A DNA stretch of 40,848 nucleotides from a virus, in IMG/VR virus record IMGVR_UViG_3300043609_000024. One strand, written 5' to 3'. The notes under the pieces are model-generated. The model saw only the letters and a list, made by a program, of their open reading frames with translations, had not been told where the DNA came from and made no database searches. Below, piece by piece: positions 15,892 through 23,073 of this stretch; the first letter of the stretch is position 1; every line of letters begins with the position of its first letter. Made by a program: the position numbers and the translations under genes.

Positions 15892-17757
15892 ATGTCATAT
15901 ACTTATCCGGAAGCTCTGACCGCGCTGGAAAGCGTCGCAAACGATTTTATCAAGGTGCTTCGCCCCCGTGAAATCGCCCGCGTGCTTTTGGTTTGCGATA
16001 GCGCCGCGCAAACGGCGTCCGTGACTTGGGACGCCTATAACATCAAGGTGAACATGCCCGTACGCCCTGCGGCGTCCCGCATGACGCAAGCCGAATTCGA
16101 AAACTGGGTTTCCTATTTGCTTCACGAGTTAGGCCATCCCGCGCATACCGATATGGTGGCGTGGCAGGCGGCATGCCGCGACGGCGTGGCCCGCATGGTC
16201 AACGCGCTGGAAGATGTCCGAATGGAAAAAGCCCTTATCGTTTCAGGCATTGTGCCGAACGCTAAAAGCGTCCTTTCCCGCCTCTTGTCCCGCAAGATTG
16301 TGGAAGCCCGTTCCAATGGCTGGAAACCGAACGCTCGCCGCGAATTCGGGTGGACCATTTGCGTTCTAGGGCGTGCGGCCAATGGTTATGCTTTCGACGG
16401 TTCCGATTTGGCTTGGATCGACGCGCAAATCAAAGCAGGCGGGACGGTTCACGCCGTTTTGGCTTGGGCCTTGCCGGATTTGGCCGCGTGCAAATCGACG
16501 GCCGATTGTACAGCCCTTGCAAAGCGTATCATGGCAGCCCTTGCGGCCCCTCAGGTTGACGGCCCCGGTGGTTTCCCCGGCGAGCAGGGCGAGCAGGGCG
16601 AGCAGGGCGAGCAGGGCGAGAGCGAGCAGGGCGAGAGCGAGAGCGGGGCGCAGCCCCGCGAGGGCGAGGGCGAGGAAGGCCCGCAGGAAGGGCAGGGAGA
16701 GGGCGAGGGCGAGGAAGGCGAGGAAGGCGAGGGCGAGCAGGACGAACGCACGGACGGCCCTCCTAGCGAGACTGAAAGCCCCTCCGGTGAAACCGGAGGT
16801 TCTGAGGGCGAGGAAGGGGGCAAAGGCGGCAAGGGGCAGGGAGATGGAACCTTTGACGCTGATGAAAAGCCCGTGAAAAACGACAAGGACCTGACCGAAC
16901 GGGAACTAGCCCCCGACGATAGCGCCGACGAAAACCTCACGGGCGCGGAAGCGGTCAACGAACGCGTGGTCATCAACATCCTGCGTAGCGGGATTATCGG
17001 CATGAAGCCCAAGGATCAAGGCCATTCGCGCAACGGCCCCAATGCCGAACGCCTCAAGAGCGCGGCAGCCCGTGCTTCCAAACAGCGCGCCCTTTTGGCG
17101 CGGGCTTTGAGGGCTAACGATACCGACGAACGGGAAGGCGGAAAACGCACGGGACGCTTGAACCGTAGCGCGCTGGCCCGCGTCGCCGCAGGTTCGTCAA
17201 CAATCTTTGAACGCCGTGACGTTTGCGAGGGTTTTGATACTGACGTTCACGTCCTGCTAGATGCATCCGGCAGTATGGGCGACGCGGGCAAGATGTCCGC
17301 AGCCCTTGAGGTGGGCTTGATCGTGACGCAAGCGGCAGCCAGCGTCGGGGCGTCCTGCACAACGGAGGTTTTCAATTCCATAGGTTACATCCGGGCCGGG
17401 GCCCTTGCAGGCAAGCGCACGCCTAATCCGGCGGATTTTGGGGTCCTTGTGAACCAAGCGGACGGCGGCACGCCCTTGAGCCCCCATATGGCGCGGGCTG
17501 CCGTGGCCCAAGCGGCACGGGCCCCCGGCAAGCGTCGGGTTCTGTTTTTGGTGACGGACGGGGGCTGCGACTACGGCCAAGAAACCGTCAAGCGAATGGC
17601 GCGGCATCTTGAGAAAACCTGCGGAACCGTGATCGCTCACGTTTCGATTTTCACGGCCCTGCGGGGCTCGTTCAAGGCAGAGGTTCGCGTGGCCCCGGGA
17701 CAAGCCATTGCCGACGTCGGGCTTGACCATTTCGTCCGGGTCCTGCAGGCCCTTTGA
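15892..17757 (+). CDS. cobT: CobT-like VWA-domain protein with an N-terminal HExxH motif and an acidic G/E/Q linker (621 aa)
   Basis: The C-terminal MIDAS motif is DVHVLLDASGSMGD (DxSxS at 17260-17274). The acidic repeat linker spans about aa 230-310. HELGH lies at aa 78-82. The gene is paired with the CobS-like ATPase. Confidence 0.75.
   Translation: MSYTYPEALTALESVANDFIKVLRPREIARVLLVCDSAAQTASVTWDAYNIKVNMPVRPAASRMTQAEFENWVSYLLHELGHPAHTDMVAWQAACRDGVARMVNALEDVRMEKALIVSGIVPNAKSVLSRLLSRKIVEARSNGWKPNARREFGWTICVLGRAANGYAFDGSDLAWIDAQIKAGGTVHAVLAWALPDLAACKSTADCTALAKRIMAALAAPQVDGPGGFPGEQGEQGEQGEQGESEQGESESGAQPREGEGEEGPQEGQGEGEGEEGEEGEGEQDERTDGPPSETESPSGETGGSEGEEGGKGGKGQGDGTFDADEKPVKNDKDLTERELAPDDSADENLTGAEAVNERVVINILRSGIIGMKPKDQGHSRNGPNAERLKSAAARASKQRALLARALRANDTDEREGGKRTGRLNRSALARVAAGSSTIFERRDVCEGFDTDVHVLLDASGSMGDAGKMSAALEVGLIVTQAAASVGASCTTEVFNSIGYIRAGALAGKRTPNPADFGVLVNQADGGTPLSPHMARAAVAQAARAPGKRRVLFLVTDGGCDYGQETVKRMARHLEKTCGTVIAHVSIFTALRGSFKAEVRVAPGQAIADVGLDHFVRVLQAL
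16579..16821 (+). repeat. Coding low-complexity/tandem region (GGCGAGCAG units, GEQ/GE repeats)
   Basis: GEQGEQGEQGEQGESEQGESESG...EGEGEEGPQEGQGEGEGEEGEEGEGEQDE. The 9-bp unit GGCGAGCAG is repeated 4 times at the start. Confidence 0.9.
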
Positions 17758-17795
17758 ACCGGGACCACAGCCCCGAAAGCCTCGCAAAGCGTATC

Positions 17796-17830
17796 AAGCC
17801 CCGGCCCCGCAAGGTGCCGGGGCTTTTGCT
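17796..17830 (+). terminator. Rho-independent terminator after the CobT-like gene
   Basis: AAGCCCCGGC-N10-GCCGGGGCTT forms a 10-bp perfect stem, running into TTTTGCT. It begins 39 nt after the stop codon. Confidence 0.7.
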
Positions 17831-17953
17831 TGCCCTCCAGAAGCCCTTGGGAAGGCCCGTAGGGAGTTTATTTTGGGCCCCCGCTAGGGAGATGGCCCCC
17901 GGGGCCCTAAACGCACCCCCGGGCTTCCTAGGGCCTTGGAAGCCCTATCAATT

Positions 17954-17969
17954 GTAATGGTACCATTAC
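17954..17969. promoter_or_regulatory. Perfect 16-bp palindrome GTAATGGTACCATTAC (candidate dimeric protein-binding site)
   Basis: Read directly from the sequence. It is AT-rich in a GC-rich context and centred on GGTACC. Confidence 0.5.
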
Positions 17970-18005
17970 GTTTTGGGGCTCGCGACGCGGGCGTGCGCGT
18001 GACGG

Positions 18006-18145
18006 GCGCGGGCCCGCAGGCGCGCAGGCGCGCGGGCGCGCGGGCGCAGGCGCGCGGGCGCAGGCGCGCGGGCGCGCGGGCCCGCAGGCGCGCAGGCGCG
18101 CAGGCGCGCAGGCGCGCGGGCGCGCGGGCGCGCGGGCGCGCGGGC
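18006..18145. repeat. GC-rich tandem array of 18 units (16 octamers GCGC[G/A]GGC or CCGCAGGC, plus 2 hexamers GCAGGC)
   Basis: Hand parsing covers exactly 140 bp. The 8-bp period is incompatible with coding. It lies between convergent operons. Confidence 0.9.
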
Positions 18146-18165
18146 GCGCACGGGGGAAAATCCCT

Positions 18166-18209
18166 TTAAGGATCGACCGGGTTTTCTATTAAGGATCGAC
18201 CGGGTTTTC
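18166..18209. repeat. Perfect 21-bp direct repeat TTAAGGATCGACCGGGTTTTC, two copies at a 23-bp period
   Basis: Copy 2 (18189-18209) is the stop codon plus the last 6 codons of the HTH gene. Copy 1 (18166-18186) lies just downstream of that gene. Confidence 0.9.
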
Positions 18210-18467
18210 CATTACGAGGCCGCCCAGTTCTTCGAGCGGCGCAGTCGCCAGATAATACTCTTTGCGCAGGTGATCCGGCACCGGCCCGTCGAGCCCGTGC
18301 TTCTCGAAGAACGCCATCGAACGCTCACGCCGTCTCTTGGACAGCATCTTGCTGGTCACGGCCCTGACAAGCTGGCGCGAAACACCAAAGTGCCTTCCGA
18401 CCTCGGTGGCACTGAACAGTTTGCTTTCGTACATCTCGGCGACCATTCCGGCAGTCCTATGATCCAT
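18189..18467 (-). CDS. Small HTH DNA-binding protein (92 aa)
   Basis: ATG at 18467 is preceded by GGGGGAGG with a 6-nt spacer. The HTH-like segment is FSATEVGRHFGVSRQLVRAV, followed by the basic stretch KRRRER. Confidence 0.65.
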   Translation of the reverse strand: MDHRTAGMVAEMYESKLFSATEVGRHFGVSRQLVRAVTSKMLSKRRRERSMAFFEKHGLDGPVPDHLRKEYYLATAPLEELGGLVMENPVDP

Positions 18468-18512
18468 TGTAAACCTCCCCCTCGCGTCCACTCCAGCAGC
18501 AGCCCAAATCGG

Positions 18513-18631
18513 GAATGATGTACATGGTGTACACGAAAACCATTCCCGCCATAAGAATGATGTGGTCCTATAATGAGACTAGATTTTTCTTACGCGCGTA
18601 ATGGTTTTCATGTACACCATGTACATCATTC
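18513..18631. repeat. 32-bp inverted repeat (one mismatch) flanking a 55-nt AT-rich spacer
   Basis: GAATGATGTACATGGTGTACACGAAAACCATT (18513-18544) pairs with the reverse complement of 18600-18631. The only difference is 18534 C against 18610 A. Confidence 0.9.
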
Positions 18632-18635
18632 GCCA

Positions 18636-20909
18636 TCAGAATACCTTTTTGGGTTTGGTTTTCAACGCAACACCCTCGATGTACTTTCCATGCCTATCCC
18701 GATCCACCACATACCCGCCCTCTCGGAGTTTGGTCCCCAACTCCTGCGACGTGTGAGGGCCCGTCGCATGGCTCTTGTTGTCTTCCCGAAAAGCCTCCCA
18801 CGTCTTGAAAGCCTCACCAACGTAGACCCTGTCCTTCACCGCCACGCGGCCCCCAACGTCCATAATAAACTCCTTCCGCCACCGCCCAAAAACGTCGGCA
18901 TTGTCGAGATACTCCTCGGTTGCGTCATGGATCGCCCGGCATGCCGGAAGGCCCCCCGCCGCCCAGCCGACCCAGCCGTCCACCATCCACCGCAATATCT
19001 CAGCCTTCTCCCCTCGCAGCTTGTCCACTAGCCCCACATCGACCGCTTTGGGCCGAAACAGCGCGGGTACCAGCCGCATGCGACGTCGAACGCCATCATC
19101 GACCGTATCCAGACGAGGCTTCTCGTTGCCCGCCATGACGATCTTGAACTGCGGCACAAACGTCGTCGGGTCCTGCCGCATGCGGTTTGCCGTAATGGCC
19201 CCACCGCCCGACGCCTGCTTGACCAGCCCCATGTCCCAAGTCGCACCAACAGCCACGTCAGGAACCGTAACCAGACGAGCCCCCTCAAGCACCGCCAGAG
19301 GAGCCAGATGCTTGCCGCCCTTGCTGTCCATGAATACCCGGTGATCCGCCCGCTCATGATAGTCCCCCATCACCTCGCCGATCATGTCCAAAAACACGCT
19401 CTTGCCGTTGCCGCCGGGCCCATAGACAAAGACAACCACATGCTCGCTTGTATGGCCCGACAGGCAATAACCGCAGAACACCTGCCACCAGCGGCGAAGC
19501 TCCGGGTCCTTCTGCGTGAAGTCGTCCAAAAACTTCTCCCAGTATTTTCCCTTTGCGCCTGCCGGTGCGATCTTCGTGGAAGTGCTCCTCGTCACGAAGT
19601 CCTTCGGGGCCCCGGGCCTTCCCGTCACGCCCAGCCCCATCGCGTCCATCTCCAGAACAAAACCCGGCAGCCCCAGAAGATCACGGTTGGCGTCGAACGC
19701 GTCTCGTTCGAGACAGAGCGACGGCCGCAGCCGTACCAGCGAAGCCACAGCATGATGCCAGCCCGCCTTGAGCAGTTGCGCCGTCATCTTCGGGTCCGTC
19801 CCCAGCAGATGCCGACTGATGCTCTCCCGCACCGCCTCGTGAAGCGCCGCCTCGTTCGTCGAGATCACCCAGCGCAGCATCACGGGATCGAACATGGCCC
19901 ATGACCCCGCAGCCCCGTTGATCCACCCCAGACGTCCCCTCTCCGCCCGGGACACGTCGGCAGACATCGACCAGTGCGTGGGATGGGTGGGAAGAGCCCC
20001 AGCCACCGGCGCTGCCGGTGGAGGCGGCGGCGGCGGCGGATCATCGTCGAACACCAGAGATGCAAAACCCTGCGGGTTCGAGCCCTCGGCCCGGGCCCTG
20101 AGACGCCCACCCTTCGACCGCAGCCCGCCGGTCCCAAGGCTATCCCATACCCGCCGCGTCTCCTCGGCGTCGTAGCTCGCATGTCCCGCCGACCACTCGT
20201 CGAACACCACCAGCCCGTCGGCATCGTTCTCGCAAAGCGCCTTGAGCCCGTGGGCCACTTCGATCCACTCGCCCCTGTCGTCGAGATCGTTGGGTATAAG
20301 AGCCATCAGGGCCCGCAGCTTTTTGATATCCATGTCCCCGCCGCCGACGCTCCCTGCCGTGCTTGACCGCGCCACCTGCACCGGATCGACGGTCGCAGGG
20401 TCCATCGCGAGCCCCTGTATCGCCTCGGCCAGCCGCACCTTAAAACCGCCCCGGCCTTTCTTGGTGTTCACGCCCATCGGAAGCCGGAACAGATGCACCG
20501 CGTCGCGACCCTCCAGCTTGGTGCCCACGAGAAACTCCACCGAAGCGAAGAACCGCGCCCAGTCCGCCACCGGGACCGCAGGGTCCAGCCGGTAGACCCA
20601 TTGGTAGTTGCCTGCCGACGTTTCGACGACAGCCGTCGGGGCTCCGATGGCCCCCAGCACGGCGGGCCCTTTGACCTTCGTGCCGACGTCGTCGATCACT
20701 AGGGCTCGAACTTCCAAGGCTTTATCGGTGGTGCGCGAGAGGTGTCCTCGATCAAAAGCCGCCACGCTCCAGTAGCAATCGCGCGTGCCGTCCAGAGCAG
20801 TATAATCGCGCGTAGCTGCAGGCGGATGAAGGTTGGCGAAAATAGCGTGTTCCGCATGGTCAGGAAAAACCGCTTGGAGGAACCGCGAGGCCTCTGTATG
20901 GTTAGCCAT
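18636..20909 (-). CDS. Bifunctional primase-polymerase / D5-P4-type helicase (757 aa)
   Basis: The N-terminal prim-pol motifs are LVIDDVG and VVETSAGNYQWVYRL. A PriCT-like segment reads EWIEVAHGLKAL...FDEWS. A poly-Pro linker follows. The helicase Walker A is VYGPGGNGKS. AAGGA lies 8 nt before the ATG. Confidence 0.85.
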   Translation of the reverse strand: MANHTEASRFLQAVFPDHAEHAIFANLHPPAATRDYTALDGTRDCYWSVAAFDRGHLSRTTDKALEVRALVIDDVGTKVKGPAVLGAIGAPTAVVETSAGNYQWVYRLDPAVPVADWARFFASVEFLVGTKLEGRDAVHLFRLPMGVNTKKGRGGFKVRLAEAIQGLAMDPATVDPVQVARSSTAGSVGGGDMDIKKLRALMALIPNDLDDRGEWIEVAHGLKALCENDADGLVVFDEWSAGHASYDAEETRRVWDSLGTGGLRSKGGRLRARAEGSNPQGFASLVFDDDPPPPPPPPAAPVAGALPTHPTHWSMSADVSRAERGRLGWINGAAGSWAMFDPVMLRWVISTNEAALHEAVRESISRHLLGTDPKMTAQLLKAGWHHAVASLVRLRPSLCLERDAFDANRDLLGLPGFVLEMDAMGLGVTGRPGAPKDFVTRSTSTKIAPAGAKGKYWEKFLDDFTQKDPELRRWWQVFCGYCLSGHTSEHVVVFVYGPGGNGKSVFLDMIGEVMGDYHERADHRVFMDSKGGKHLAPLAVLEGARLVTVPDVAVGATWDMGLVKQASGGGAITANRMRQDPTTFVPQFKIVMAGNEKPRLDTVDDGVRRRMRLVPALFRPKAVDVGLVDKLRGEKAEILRWMVDGWVGWAAGGLPACRAIHDATEEYLDNADVFGRWRKEFIMDVGGRVAVKDRVYVGEAFKTWEAFREDNKSHATGPHTSQELGTKLREGGYVVDRDRHGKYIEGVALKTKPKKVF

Positions 20910-20978
20910 GTGACTATCCTTCTTTGTCGGTTGGGTGGTTGAGTTCCGGTCTTTTGGTAGGGTCCGGAGCTTGTTCTC

Positions 20979-21011
20979 AAACGGCCTTCGCAGCCCCCGC
21001 GAAGGCCGTTT
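20979..21011. terminator. Strong hairpin between the DNA polymerase and primase genes
   Basis: AAACGGCCTTCGC-AGCCCCC-GCGAAGGCCGTTT forms a 13-bp stem. The long T-tract (TTTTCTTTTG) follows on the plus strand, while only UUUG follows on the minus (coding-sense) strand. Confidence 0.5.
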
Positions 21012-21043
21012 TCTTTTGAGGGCGAACCCTCATAATCTGCCTC

Positions 21044-23020
21044 TCAGGGTCCTTTTGCAATCGCCATATATGACGCCGCAATACCGTAGCGACGCATGAT
21101 CTTGTGTTCGCCCGCCAGCGGCAACCCGCCCGCCCAAGGCGGCGCTTCCAGCATCAAGGCGTTCATTAGGGACGAGACTGCCGCCAGCGACGAGCCTGTT
21201 GGTAGCGGGTAGACCAGTTCGTCGTGGACCGTCATGCACGGCACCAGCGCGTGCCGCCGGTAGCCGCGAAGCATCGCCTCCGACATGATGTCCCGCGCCG
21301 CCGCTTGAGTGGCGTTCTCGGCCAGCTTGCCGCCCCATGTACGTTGCTCGACCCACCGGCCGCCGACCTCGGCACCCCAGTACACGATGCTGCCGCTGAC
21401 CGCGTCGAGACGAGGCTTGTGATAGTAGAGAACTCGCCCCGACGGCAATCGCATTTGAAGCGTCTTGGGCGTGCAGACGAACGCGACGCCAGAGCCCCCG
21501 ACGGCATAGACCGTCCCCCGCCGGAAGATGGCTTGCCGCGCCGCATGATCTATCTCGGACCAGAAGCTGACGATGTGGTGGTTGGCCTGCCGCCAGACAT
21601 TCTTGAACTTCTCGGCTTCCCCCGACGTGAGCCGCACGCCGTAGCTCTTCAGGGCGGTTTCCCGCAGCTTGGTCGCGCCCATGCCGAAGCCCAGCGCCAG
21701 CACCAATACCTTCCCCAGTTGCCGGTCCTTCGAGCCGAACTGCGCCGCCGCCCAGACGTAGACGTCGTCGCCTGCCGCGAACACCGCGAGAATGTCCTGC
21801 TGCCCCGCGAGCCACGCGAGGACACGGGCCTCGATCTGCGAGAAGTCGAACGACCAAAGAAGTTTCTGATCGTCGGTCGCCTTCAGGCAGGACCGCAGCG
21901 ACCACGAGACGCAATCCAGTATCGGTGCCGACGTGATCGCGTTTAACGCGCCGACGGCGCGCGGCGACGTGGCGGCCCGGGCCATGTCGCAAAACAAATC
22001 CGGATCGAAGCCCTTGGGGATGCGCGGCAGGTTCTGGACTTGCACGCCCCGCCCCGACCAGCGGCCGGTTCGACCGGCCCCGCAAAACTGGAACTGGCCC
22101 CGGAGCCCTCCGCCGTGGCCCGTCATCGCCGTCATGCGTTCCAGCTTGCGCGTCGAGGCCCGGGCCATCCGCAGCCTGATCTGAAGCACTTCGACCACGT
22201 TGTCCATCAGCCCCGGCGGTGCCGTCGCGAAGTTAAGCAGGGCTTCTTCGATGGTGGCCCGCGTCGTATCTACGAGGCTACAGCCCTTCGACGCCAGCCA
22301 CGCCAACAGCCTTGCCGTCTGCGTCCCCGGAGAGGTAACTGCGCCAGCAGTCAGGACCGCGCAGCGTGCCGCATCCTCCTTCTCGGCGGCCTCGGCGGCC
22401 AGCTTCAAATCCAGCACCCGGTGCAAATCCGTCCCCAGTTCGCCGGACGTATTCATGAGAGCGTCGAGCCTCGAAAGCTCGTCTTCGTCAGGCTGCAATT
22501 CGGGGATCGCGTCCGACAGCGCCGCCTCGGCTTCGACGTCTTTTTCGCAGTAGATTGTCAGCGCGTCGTAGTCTCCTATGGTCCACGGCCCATCGCCCGG
22601 TTTCTGTGGCCGCGACATGCGGAGCATCAACCGGTGGCCCGCCATGTCCTTCTGCGAAGCCAACCCTAACGCTGCCGCCGCCTGTTCAAGCCTGCCGGGA
22701 AGCCCATAGGCCAAGGCCCTTTGCATGGTGCATTTGATGGGTATGGCGACGAACACCCCCAGCCGCTCCAGCACGGCCGTCTCGAACGCGGCGTTGAAGG
22801 CGTGGCCCTGCACGTCCACGTTCTGCAGGGCCTGCAGGAAAGAGGGCGGCAGGCGGTTGCCGACAATGGCGGACTTGCCCGGCTGGCTGTCCATCTTCCA
22901 CGCCACGCACATCACGCGAAAGGACGGGTCCGCGACGTAGCGGTGGACGCCGACTTTCTTCAGGTCCAGATCGCAGTAGGTCTCGAAGTCGAAATGCAAA
23001 TCATGTGTGGGGCGCGGCAT
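21044..23020 (-). CDS. Family A DNA polymerase with 3'-5' exonuclease domain (658 aa)
   Basis: Exo I is DFETYCD. Motif A is FDFSQIEARVLA, motif B is RQLGKVLVLALGFGMG and motif C is VHDELV. GGAG lies 7 nt before the ATG. Confidence 0.9.
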   Translation of the reverse strand: MPRPTHDLHFDFETYCDLDLKKVGVHRYVADPSFRVMCVAWKMDSQPGKSAIVGNRLPPSFLQALQNVDVQGHAFNAAFETAVLERLGVFVAIPIKCTMQRALAYGLPGRLEQAAAALGLASQKDMAGHRLMLRMSRPQKPGDGPWTIGDYDALTIYCEKDVEAEAALSDAIPELQPDEDELSRLDALMNTSGELGTDLHRVLDLKLAAEAAEKEDAARCAVLTAGAVTSPGTQTARLLAWLASKGCSLVDTTRATIEEALLNFATAPPGLMDNVVEVLQIRLRMARASTRKLERMTAMTGHGGGLRGQFQFCGAGRTGRWSGRGVQVQNLPRIPKGFDPDLFCDMARAATSPRAVGALNAITSAPILDCVSWSLRSCLKATDDQKLLWSFDFSQIEARVLAWLAGQQDILAVFAAGDDVYVWAAAQFGSKDRQLGKVLVLALGFGMGATKLRETALKSYGVRLTSGEAEKFKNVWRQANHHIVSFWSEIDHAARQAIFRRGTVYAVGGSGVAFVCTPKTLQMRLPSGRVLYYHKPRLDAVSGSIVYWGAEVGGRWVEQRTWGGKLAENATQAAARDIMSEAMLRGYRRHALVPCMTVHDELVYPLPTGSSLAAVSSLMNALMLEAPPWAGGLPLAGEHKIMRRYGIAASYMAIAKGP

Positions 23021-23044
23021 GTGGGGGCTCCGGTAGGGTCAACG

Positions 23045-23073
23045 AATATACCCCACAAAAAAGGGGTTGACAA
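23045..23073 (-). promoter_or_regulatory. Sigma70-like promoter candidate for the polymerase-primase-HTH operon
   Basis: The minus strand reads TTGTCA (23073-23068), a 17-nt spacer, then TATATT (23050-23045). It lies about 25 nt upstream of the polymerase ATG. Confidence 0.45.

Noticed and set aside
18006-18145. Possible CRISPR array
   Set aside because: The units are 6-8 bp and directly abut one another with no spacers. This is a simple tandem repeat, not a CRISPR array.
17936-18169. Arg/Ala-rich ORFs (77 aa on the plus strand, 61 aa on the minus strand) across the GC-rich repeat
   Set aside because: The underlying repeat has an 8-bp period with 6-bp variants, so the reading frame has no repeat logic. 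There is no start context. These are a translation artefact of the array.
21030-22085. 351-aa ORF on the minus strand overlapping the DNA polymerase gene in another frame
   Set aside because: Its composition is R/G/A-rich and featureless. It is fully nested in a gene with clear polymerase motifs, which makes it a typical GC-rich shadow ORF.
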